Positions 12,150 to 22,534 of a DNA stretch of 64,000 nucleotides are shown here, piece after piece. The stretch comes from Macrostomum hystrix. Taxonomy: Eukaryota > Animalia > Platyhelminthes. Numbering within the stretch: the first letter of the stretch is position 1; each line of letters begins with the position of its first letter. The notes beneath the pieces were generated by a model. It saw only the letters and a list, made by a program, of their open reading frames with translations. It was not told where the DNA came from and did no database searches. Position numbers and translations under genes: made by a program. The stretch is from assembly GCA_950097015.1 (NCBI GenBank), contig CATNEN010000012.1, positions 1,426,001-1,490,000 on the forward strand, written 5' to 3'.

Positions 12150-12672
12150 CAATACGGTTGCCAGCCAACCCAGAACCTATAGTTGCCACCCTACCCAGAC
12201 CCTACAGTTGCCACCCTACCCAGACCCTACGGTTGCCAGCCAACCCAGACCCTATGGTTGCCACCATACCCAGACACTACGGTTGCCACCCTACCCAGAC
12301 CCTACGGTTGCCACCCTACCCAGACCCTACGGTTGCCACCCTACCCAGACCCTACGGTTGCCACCCTACCCAGACCCTACGGTTGCCACCCTACCCAGAC
12401 CCTACGGTTGCCACCCTACCCAGACCCTACAGTTGCCACCCTACCCAGACCCTACGGTTGCCACCCTACCCAGACCCTACGGTTGCCACCCTACCCAGAC
12501 CCTACGGTTGCCACCATACCCAGACCCTACGGTTGCCACCCTACCCAGACCCTACGGTTGCCAGCCTACCCAGACCCTACGGTTGCCACCCTACCCAGAC
12601 CCTACGGTTGCCACCCTACCCAGACCCTACGGTTGCCACCATACCCAGACCCTACGGTTGCCACCCTACCCT
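12150..12672. repeat. 25 bp minisatellite immediately 3' of the EDC4 stop codon
   Basis: Unit CCCTACCCAGACCCTACGGTTGCCA, about 20 copies. Confidence 0.97.
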
Positions 12673-12708
12673 GATCCACTGACTGGCAGTGCAGGTGCTG
12701 AGGTGTGC

Positions 12709-15700
12709 TCAGGCCCAGTGCTCGCTGATAAATCCAAAAGCTAGGGTGCGAATTCGGCGCACAGTTCTATAGGCGAATTCGTCAGACGAGTCGCTGTTTA
12801 ATTCGTCGATGCGTTTAACCAGATGCTGCAGGACGCGCTTTCCGTGCTCGCGAACTACGGACTCGTCTGGGCGCAGGTAGTCGAATGACTCCTATGTAGT
12901 AGTGGATTGAGTTTCGGGTTCTTAGTTCTTAGATGCAGAAATGGATAACTCTAGTCTAAATCCACCCTAAAATTTCTCCCCAGCTAATGTTGTTCAGTGG
13001 AGGGTCGGTGGCAGAGCGGTTAACGAGTTTGCCTCTCGCACCAAGGTCCCTGAGCTCGATACCACGGCGAGGCCACATTTATTTAGAGCGCAGCGGCGGA
13101 GAGAAGGCATGGGGGCTTGTCGTGCAATTTACACCCTTGAAAGCCAACCTCCAAGGCACAGTGAAGTGTACACTGCCTGACGATGAGAAAGTCAGGGCAG
13201 ATGTACACACCTGTGTGAGCGTATGCCTGCGTACAGTATCTGTGTGCGTGTGTGCTCAGGAGTCAGCGAAAATGGGCAGAATTGCCTCCTCGCTGGCTGC
13301 GGGTCTAGTGTCACTAAATGATGTGGCATTCCCGCAGCCCTCCTGCAATTATTATAATATTATTATTATGTTGTTCAGTGATTGCTAAAGGACACAAGTT
13401 GCGAATCCTCGACCTTCAAAACGTGAGTCCGACGCTCTAACCACTAGGCAACAACCCCTGCTCTCCAGTTTGCTGATATCTTAAATACCCACAAAGACTC
13501 CATATTTCATATTCGCGCCATTCCCTGGACCAAGAGTCAGAGGCAAAATGACTCACTTGAAGAAAGTCGCATTTGAGTTTGGTACGCTCGAGCAGATTCC
13601 GGCCCAGCTGCTGTATAAGGGATAGGATCACCTGCTGCTCCAAATTTGGCGATCGGAACAGATCAGACGGCTTGACCCGGCTGCACAGGTCCAAGACAAG
13701 CTCCAGTCTGGTGGATGACAGCGCCTCTTTGAATGCCCGATTATAGTCGCGCACTGTCAGGGCCGCGTTGACAGCCTCCCGGTAGTCTTCCAGACGCTTC
13801 TCCGGCTGCTTCTGCGGCACAGGCGTCACCAGAGTGGAACGGAGGGCCAAGCGCTGCTGCTGCTGCTGCTGCTCTTGTTGCTGTTGCTGTTGCTGTTGCT
13901 GATGCTGCTGCTGCTGCTGAAACAGCTGCTGCATCTGTTGCTGCATCTGCTGCTGGAATAGCTGCTGCTGCTCGTGCATCAGGCGCTGATGCTGTTCAAG
14001 GAACTGGCGCTGCTGCTGCTGCTGCTGATCAGCCAGCCTGGCTAGAGACGCGTCCACCTGTTCCCAACGCGATGCGTTTGAAATCATTGTGCATTATTCA
14101 TTTTATAAGCAATAATTATGTGTTAATAAATATTCAAATGAATATAAGATATATAATATATATATCCAAAAAATCGACCTACTTATCAATCGAAATAACC
14201 AACCCACTTATCAATCCAAAAAATCAACCCACTTATCAATCAAATAATCTACCTACTTATAAATCCAAAAAATCAACCCACTTATCAATCAAATAATCAA
14301 CCTACTTATCAATCAAATAATCAACCTACTTATCAATCGAAATAACCAACCCACTTATCAATCCAAATAATCAACCTACTTATCAATCCAAATAATCAAC
14401 CTACTTATCAATCCAAATAATCAACCTACTTATCAATCCAAATAATCAACCTACTTATCAATCCAAATAATCAACCTACTTATCAATTAAATAATCAACC
14501 TACTTATCAATCCAAATAATCAACCCACTTATCAATCCAAATAATCAACCTACTTATCAATCAAATAATCTACCTACTTATCAATCCAAATAATCAACCT
14601 ACTTATCAATTAAATAATCAACCTACTTATCAATCAAATAATCAACCTACTTATCAATCCAAATAATCAACCTACTTATCAATCAAATAATCAACCTACT
14701 TATCAATCAAATAATCAACCTACTTATCAGTCCAAATAATCAACCTACTTATCAATTAAACAATCAACTTACTAATCAATCAAGTATTTTACCTACTTAT
14801 CGATCAAACTACAATCGGACCTCTGAATCAAGCAATCAACCTACTCAAAAATAAACAAACTATAAATTGGTCAACCTGCCTATTAATCGAATGAACTAAT
14901 TTTTCAATCAGTGATCAAAATCAATAAATCAACCAATCTATCAATCAATCAATCGTCAAACGGTTCTCTCACCTCTCGCCGAATAGAGTCGGCAGTGCTG
15001 CGCAGATCAGTTTTAACATCGGTGCAGGCCGCTTTCAAACTGCTGATCTCTTTATTCTTAACAAGAGTCTGCTCCCTGGCTATGGCCTCGGTCTCTTCGC
15101 GCACTTTGGCTAGCAGTTCGTGCAGGCCGGCGCTAAAAGCGCTATTTAGCTGCACAAACAGCTGCTGGCTCATCTGCTCCATGCGGGGAAATAGCAGGCT
15201 GCCGCACATCTCCTTGTAGGCGTTCACCAGTGGGCCCTGATAGTGTAGATACAGTAGCAGTGTAGTGACAGAATTTCTGTCGATCTGTGCCTGTCTGTCT
15301 GTCAATCAGTGTCTGCCTGTCTTTCTGTCAATCAGTGTCTGTCTGTCTATCGACAATCAGTGTCTGTCTGTCTATCGTCAATCAGTGTCTGTCTGTCTAT
15401 CGACAATCAGTGTCTGTCTGTCTATCGTCAATCAGAGTCTGTCTGTCTATCGTCAATCAGTGTCTGTCTGTCTATCGTCAATCAGAGTCTGTCTGTCTAT
15501 CGTCAATCAGAGTCTGTCTGTCTATCGTCAATCAGAGTCTGTCTGTCTATCGACAATCAGTGTCTGTCTGTCTATCGTCAATCAGAGTCTGTCTGTCTAT
15601 CGTCAATCAGTGTCTGTCTGTCTATCGTCAATCAGAGTCTGTCTGTCTATCGTCAATCAGTGTCTGTCTGTCTATCGTCAATCAGAGTCTGTCTGTCTAT

Positions 15701-18700
15701 CGTCAATCAGACTCTGTCTGTCTATCGTCAATCAGAGTCTGTCTGTCTATCGTCAATCAGAGTCTGTCTGTCTATCGTCAATCAGAGTCTGTCTGTCTAT
15801 CGTCAATCAGAGTCTGTCTGTCTATCGTCAATCAGAGTCTGTCTGTCTATCGTCAATCAGAGTCTGTCTGTCTATCGTCAATCAGTGTCTGTCTGTCTAT
15901 CGTCAATCAGTGTCTGTCTGTCTATCGTCAATCAGAGTCTGTCTGTCTATCGTCAATCAGAGTCTGTCTATCTATCGTCAATCAGAGTCTGTCTGTCTAT
16001 CGTTTGTTTGTCTTAAAAAAGCAAAGCAGTGAGAGTTTCCTAACATGCGGTTAATTTCAAACTGTGATTTGTTATACCAGATGTAAAGAGGAAACAAAAG
16101 CCGTACGAACCTGAACACACTGCGCAGTGGTCTTGCCAATAGTATCCACAGTGGCTCGCGATCGGATAAACTTTGTAATATTCTCCTGTACGGCGGCATT
16201 CGTGGCGGCCAGCTCGCGGCGCACCTCATCGCGCACCTCCTGCTGCAGCCGGTCCAGCGCAGTCAGGGCAGCCTGACGCACGCCGGCCAGCGTCTCCTGC
16301 TGATCGGCCCGCAGCTGCCGCTCAGCCTGGCAGTGCTGATCTGCCAGCTGGGCGAGCTGGGCGGTCTGGGCAGCTAGTTGGCGCTGCAGCTCGCCCATCT
16401 GATGCGATTGGACGCGAACTGTTTCGGACAGTTGGCGCAGATCGCCAACAGCCGTGCCGACTGCTGTGCTGACAGCCGTCGCGGTGGTGTTAGCAACTGC
16501 CGAAGCGATTGCAGCGGAGACGGCATCGGCGGAATTGGATGTTGAAGACGACCCGCCGACTGGATGATCACTGACGCCGGCGTCAACAGCGGCCAGACTG
16601 GCCACGGCCGCGGCGCGCTCGTCGTCCTCCTCGACGCATCCGTCCTCCTCAGTCTCGTCATCTTCCTCCTCTTCTCCTCGATCCTCATTCAGGCGCTCGT
16701 CGTGATCGTCGTGATCCAGAGTCGGGCTATCCGGCAGGATTAGAAGATCGTCCCGTGGCGGAGCGGTGTCGGGCACCTCTTCACTGCCGGCGGCCTCCTG
16801 CTCGTCGCCGTCATCATCGTCATCTTCTTCGTCCTCGTCCGGCTCGATGGCATGGCCGTCGTCTTCGTCGTCGCCGTTGGTTGGCGGAGGCGGCACATCA
16901 ATAGCGTCAGCTGCGGCGGAGTCGTCATTAATGTTGCCTCCGCGCGACATCAGCCGCGACACTTCAGCGTCGTCATCGGCCGGCTCAGCTTCGGCGTCGG
17001 CAGATGCAGCTGAGGCTGCGACGGCTAGCGACGTTTGATCGCGGCTGGCAGCCATGGCAATGGAACTGCCCATTGGAGACGCTAACCCGGTTACTATGGT
17101 AACGGTGGAACTATCCACAGCCGAGCCACCAGCTCCGCAGCTGCCGCCAGATGCCAGTAGCAGGTCGATATCGGTGGAGTTTCCGCCCAGACTGCGAGGC
17201 GTAGCCACTGTGGAGCCGGACGCCGAGATGGCGCCCAGCGGGGAAGCCGGCGTTGCGCCGGACGCGGAATCCCGGCTCGTCCACGGGGCGAAGGTGATGA
17301 AGTGATTCTGCAGCGCCCTGGGACCCACCTGAGTAGTAATGCGATGAATAAGACAATAGTTGAACAAAAGTAAATTACCAAATAAATACTTGAGTTTTAT
17401 TATTAGAAGCATCGAAGTCCGCTACTTTTCTCTGCTATAATGCATTGAAGTCCGCTACTTTTCTCTGCTATAATGCATTGAAGTCCGCTACTTTTCTCTG
17501 CTATAATGCATTGAAGTCCGTTACTTTTCTCTGCTATAATGCATTGAAGTCCGTTACTTTTCTCTGCTATAATGCATTGAAGTCCGCTACTTTTCTCTGC
17601 TATAATGCATTGAAGTCCGCTACTTTTTTCGGCAAATGACTTATATGCATACCGTCTGCAGATGCAGCGTCTGGGCCTGATCTCCGATCATCCCAGTGGA
17701 GGCCAGCCCCGGCTTAGCGGCTTTAAGCGAAGCGACAGCAAAGTCGATGCACGGATCGGCGATGACAAACTCGGTTAGGCAGACCAGAGCCGGACCAGCG
17801 GCGGAGGCGCCATCATCGCTACCAGAGCTGGCATTGAATTCGGCAATGTAGAACACAAACCTGGTGATGTCTGTTAGCACAACATATCGCCCGCTGGCAT
17901 CGCAGGCCACCTTCAATTCCGGCTTTCTTTCGCCAGACGGAGCAAGAAAATGCAGAGTCTGAACACAGCTGAAACTATCCAGGCGCCAGAGCTTCACCTC
18001 GCGATTAGATTCGCCGCATGTAATTGCGTGACAGCAGAATTTTACACTGCGTGAATTGGGAGTTAAAGCGATAGTACAGGTAAATTTGAAATAGATACAG
18101 GACTAGGACTAGCTGTGTGAGAGTGAAAAACACTGGCTTAGCTTGTAGCCTATTAGTTCGAGCTTTGGACTTCTGACTGAGACGTCGGGGGTTCGAATCT
18201 CAGCTCGTGTCTCAGATACAGGACTAGGACTGGCTGTGTGTGAGTGAAAAACACTGGCTTAGCTTGTAGTCTATTGGTTCGAGCTTTGGACTTCTGACTG
18301 AGACGTCGGGGGTTCGAATCTCAGCTCGTGTCTCAGATACAGGACTAGGACTGGCTGTGTGTGAGTGAAAAACACTGGCTTAGCTTGTAGTCTATTGGTT
18401 CGAGCTTTGGGCTTCTAAATGAGAGGTCGGAGGTTCGAATCTGAAATTCCACCGGCTTACTCTTTCTTGATTCCGCGCACATCGTCCAGGAATAGAACTC
18501 GATACACCGGCCTGCCCTCGTGAGGCTTCCAAGGGTCCGGCATTTGGCTGTAGTGTCAGTAAATTTATATAAATAAAAAATATAACGATATAATGTACAC
18601 AATGTTTAATTAAAAGTTATTTTGCTCTCACGTAGCCTGCAGAGTTCCGTCGTCCCATTCGACCTGATAGAAAACAACGGCGCCGTCTAAGCCGCTAGTG

Positions 18701-21648
18701 GCAACTAATCCACCCTCTGGACTGATGGCCAGGTCCATGATTGGCTGCGGAAGGTTTGACCAATAGCAATGAGACAATAGATTGATGAGACAAAAAGGAA
18801 GCTATGACCCCATTCCCTGTAATCCTAAGCAGCTATGACCCCATTCCCTGTTATCCTAAGCAGCTATGACCCCATTCCCTGTAATCCTAAGCAGCTATGA
18901 CCCCATTCCCTGTTAATCCTAAGCAGCTATGACCCCATTCCCTGTAATCCTAAGCAGCTATGACCCCATTCCCTGTAATCCTAAGCAGCTATGACCCCAT
19001 TCCCTGTAATCCTAAGCAGCTATGACCCCATTCCCTGTTATCCTAAGCAGCTATGACCCGGATAAACCCATTCCCTGTTATCCTAAGCAGCTATGACCCG
19101 GATAAACCCATTCCCTGTAATCCTAAGCAGCTATGACCCCATTCCCTGTTATCCTAAGCAGCTATGACCCCATTCCCTGTAATCCTAAGCAGCTATGACC
19201 CCATTCCCTGTAATCCTTAGCAGCTATGACCCCATTCCCTGTAATCCTTAGCAGCTATGACCCCATTCCCTGTAATCCTTAGCAGCTATGACCCCATTCC
19301 CTGTTATCCTAAGCAGCTATGACCCCATTCCCTGTAATCCTAAGCAGCTATGACCCCATTCCCTGTTATCCTAAGCAGCTGTGACCCGGATAAACCCATT
19401 CCCTGTTATCCTAAGCGGCTATGACCCCACATCCCGTGTTACCTCTGACCCGCACATCACTCACCTGACTGTGAACCTCAAACTTGACAAAGTCTTCGGA
19501 CAGATCTCCGGCATTGATTGGCACAATGCCACTAGAATCGCCAGATCCATTCTGAGCGCCGTAGACAGACACCAGCCTGCTCACGTCCAACAGGTTGAGC
19601 TCGTTATCGTGCGTAGCGGCTAATAGCTTAGCTTTGGCGTCTCTATGACATGAGCCGTTGGCGCCGTCCTCGTCGTCCTCGCCTTCGTCGTCGGCAATGT
19701 AGGGACACCAGGCCAGGCGGTGATACTCGGAGTATTGTGGGTTGGCACTGCGAATTATGGTTAGCAGGCGACAGGTGAACAGGGTCTCGGAGCCCTGCTG
19801 GGTCTCGCGGATGAGGTCGACGTGCACGGTGCCGTGACCGTCAACCGAGGCCAGGGTGGGCGCGTCGTCATTGTGAGCGAATGCAATGTCTACGACCCGA
19901 CTGGCGTAGCCCTGGATGGTGTGAGTAGGTTAGGGATAGTCAATAGAAGGACGTACAAGGGGTTAGGGAGAACAGCTAGAATCAGAGAGGATAATGAGGA
20001 TTCAGAGAGGATAATGAGGATTCAGAGAGGATAATGAGGATTCAGAGAGGATAATGAGGATTCAGAGAGGATAATGAGGATTCAGAGAGGATAATGAGGA
20101 TTCAGAGAGGATAATGAGGAATCAGAGAGCATAATGAGGATTCAGAGAGGATGAGAATTCAGAGAGGAAAATGAGGATTCAGAGTGGATAATGAGGATTC
20201 AGAGAGGATAATGAGGATTTAGAGAGGATAATGAGGATTCAGAGAGGATAATAAGGATTCAGAGAGGATAATGAGGATTCAGAGAGGATAATGAGGAATC
20301 AGAGAGCATAATGAGGATTCAGAGAGGATGAGAATTCAGAGAGGAAAATGAGGATTCAGAGTGGATAATGAGGATTCAGAGAGGATAATGAGGATTTAGA
20401 GAGGATAATGAGGATTTAGAGAGGATAATGAGGATTCAGAGAGGATAATGAGGATTTAGAGAGGATAATGAGGATTCAGAGAGGATAATGAGGATTCAGA
20501 GAGGATAATGAGGATTCAGAGAGGATAATGAGGATTCAGAGAGGATAATGAGGATTCAGAAAGGATAATGAGGATAATGAGAGGATAATGAGCATTTAGG
20601 GAGTAAAATGAGGATTCAGAGAGGATAATGAGGATTTAGGGAGTAAAAAAAGGATTCACAGAGGATAATGAGAATTTAGGGAGTAAAATTAGGATTCAGA
20701 GATGATTATAAGGAATCAGAGGGTCAAAGGTTCAAAGATAATAACCATGAATAAAAGGGGATAATGAGGATTCATAGAGAATAATCAGGAATCAGAGTGA
20801 TAATGAGAATTCAGAGAGGATAATGAGGATTTAAAGATGATAATCATGAATCAGAAGGGATAATTGGGATTTAAAGATAAAAACACTAATCAGGATTCAG
20901 AGAGGATAATGAGGATTCAGAGAGGATAATGAGGAATCCCAGGGGACAACGAGAATTTGGAGGGGATAGTGAGGAGCAGATACTGATGAGTCAGATATTT
21001 GAGGACTTCAAAGTCGGGAGAAGTTGGGGACAATGGGCAGCCAAATACCTTGATGAGTGCCTTGGCGGCAGTTTTGCTATTAAAAACGCGAACAACGCCT
21101 TCGTCGTGCGACGATCTGACTGCTTTGAGTGTGTAGGCAACCAGCGGCAGGCTGTGATGAGAGGCCACCAGGTGGCCGTGATAAAACTGCTGGGTCCAGG
21201 CGAATTTGATGGTCGGCACAACCCGTATGCGGCCGTCGGCCTGGCGCTGCTCAGCTCGGCTTGCGGTGACGTGGACTCGGCCGGGCCGCAGGCTGAAGGA
21301 ACTGCTGGAGTCCGACTGACCCGAGCAGATGCTGCGAATGTGTTCGAGACGGTGAGCGTTCGCTTAGGGACAGTCGCTACAGACTGTGCAATCTTACCTA
21401 TTAGTACAGTACAGACTGTGCAATCTTACCTATTAGTACAGTACAGACTGTGCAATCTTACCTATTAGTACAGTACAGACTGTGCAATCTTACCTATTAG
21501 TACAGTACAGACTGTGCAATCTTACCTATTAGTACAGTACAGACTGTGCAATCTCACAAACTATGATAATCATTTTATTCAACTGTAGCAATCAACAAAT
21601 TATGGAAATAAGCAAATTAAAACTGACTTACATTTCTTGAACTGACAT
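12709..21648 (-). CDS. EDC4: Enhancer of mRNA-decapping protein 4 (Ge-1), about 1168 aa, 10 coding exons
   Basis: Exons 21648-21632, 21331-21049, 19911-19465, 18744-18632, 18547-18461, 18046-17653, 17328-16111, 15236-14973, 14057-13557, 12891-12709, all GT-AG and phase-consistent (3507 nt). WD40 motifs [54 protein letters not shown]; C-terminal [11 protein letters not shown]...[13 protein letters not shown]. The 17-nt first exon is less certain. Confidence 0.92.
13000..13367 (+). mobile_element. tRNA-derived SINE (family A), full length, with 13 bp TSD, in EDC4 intron 9
   Basis: Head GGTCGGTGGCAGAGCGGTTAACG...GAGCTCGATACC and ATT-rich tail. TSD ATGTTGTTCAGTG at 12987-12999 and 13368-13380. 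Confidence 0.92.
13381..13450 (-). mobile_element. Head of tRNA-derived SINE family B, interrupted by the family A copy
   Basis: Reverse complement CCTAGTGGTTAGAGCGTCGGACTCACGTTTTGAAGGTCGAGGATTCGC matches the head at 63335-63390. Confidence 0.7.
14175..14830. repeat. 24-25 bp AT-rich minisatellite, EDC4 intron 8
   Basis: Unit ATCAATCCAAATAATCAACCTACTT. Confidence 0.95.
15280..16003. repeat. 25 bp minisatellite (with 29 bp variants), EDC4 intron 7
   Basis: Unit TCTGTCTGTCTATCGTCAATCAGAG. Confidence 0.97.
17415..17628. repeat. 33 bp minisatellite (about 6.5 copies), EDC4 intron 6
   Basis: Unit GAAGTCCGCTACTTTTCTCTGCTATAATGCATT. Confidence 0.97.
18093..18445. repeat. 121 bp tandem repeat (about 3 copies) containing a tRNA/SINE-like head, EDC4 intron 5
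   Basis: AGATACAGGACTAGG at 18093, 18214 and 18335. Each unit has TTGTAGYCTATTRGTTCGAGC and GGGGGTTCGAATCTC (B-box-like; third copy more diverged). Confidence 0.9.
18801..19430. repeat. 31 bp minisatellite, EDC4 intron 3
   Basis: Unit GCTATGACCCCATTCCCTGTAATCCTAAGCA; three copies carry a GGATAAAC-type insert. Confidence 0.97.
19978..20940. repeat. 20 bp purine-rich minisatellite, EDC4 intron 2
   Basis: Unit AGAGGATAATGAGGATTCAG, decaying toward the right. Confidence 0.95.
21379..21555. repeat. 32 bp minisatellite (about 5.5 copies), EDC4 intron 1
   Basis: Unit ACAGACTGTGCAATCTTACCTATTAGTACAGT. Confidence 0.95.
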
Positions 21649-21675
21649 TTATTTTCAGCGGCGCAAGTTAGATGT

Positions 21676-21691
21676 CTGGAAAGTAGAAAAT
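21676..21691 (-). other. Strong 3' splice acceptor 27 nt upstream of the EDC4 ATG (candidate SL site)
   Basis: Minus strand TTTTCTACTTTCCAG|ACATCTAAC...ATG. Confidence 0.45.
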
Positions 21692-22534
21692 TTGTGGCAA
21701 ATAGTACTACAAATTTTCAAAACACGTGACTAGCTTTTATCACGAAAAAGTGAAGACCTAATTACCAATGAAATACCCCTTTCATTGATTCATTGTTTCA
21801 CCTCAAGTTATTTATAGATTAGTAAAATACATTTTAATTTGAGACTGTGATATAAACTTTCTAAAACTTATTCCTAAATGTGTAGCAAAAAAGTAAATAA
21901 ATAATATCGAGACAGACACAATATCTGCACTGCTACAAATAGTAGTACACAGTAAAACAATGCACTTTTATATTTACATTGACATAAGGTTTCAAACGCA
22001 AGATGTTCTAGAAAACTGACACGCAAGCTAAGACATAACTGTTAGATTTAGATGACAGAGTGACTTACAGTAGTAAGAAGCGATCATATTGTTCCTCTTT
22101 TGTTTAATGCATTTATTAGGGCAGAGTAAAAACTTGGTATAAAATACTCGACTGTATCTAGCTAAGTGCAGAGACAACTTACAGAATAAATTACTTGTGA
22201 TATAACAAGCTTAATTGTATTCTTATTATTGATCATTTCTATTTTTTTCTAGATTCTAGATTCTTTCGAATATTCCTTCTTTCTATCAACCTTTGTATCC
22301 AGTTATGCATATGATTTGTACCACAATATTTAGGCGTACGACAAAGCACTTAATCAGCTACAGTTTTGATACATTTTTTAAGAGTTGTTTTACATTTCAT
22401 CAGTCCCTTTAGTGAATCATTGAAAGATAGAGAAACATAGAGAAAGAAGATAGGTATCCGATTTGGAATAACTGCAAATATTAAAAAACAGTAAATTTCC
22501 TAGTTTAAAAACTCGATTGTAACTGCCGCCTCTC

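Noticed and set aside
13000-13080. tRNA genes at SINE heads (also 5375, 30170, 46139, 46955, 52130, 61470, 63327)
   Set aside because: A/B boxes are present but the acceptor stem and cloverleaf are not completed, and the heads continue into shared SINE bodies or are degenerate.
12122-16054. Repetitive ORFs (PPYPDPTVATLP..., CLSVYRQS...)
   Set aside because: Open in all three frames over minisatellites whose unit length is not a multiple of 3; they lie in a UTR or intron of EDC4 on the other strand.
16374-17381. Overlapping and antisense ORFs within EDC4 exon 7 (likewise within YTHDC1, ADCK1 and MDN1 exons)
   Set aside because: Expected shadow ORFs of GC-rich, low-complexity coding sequence.
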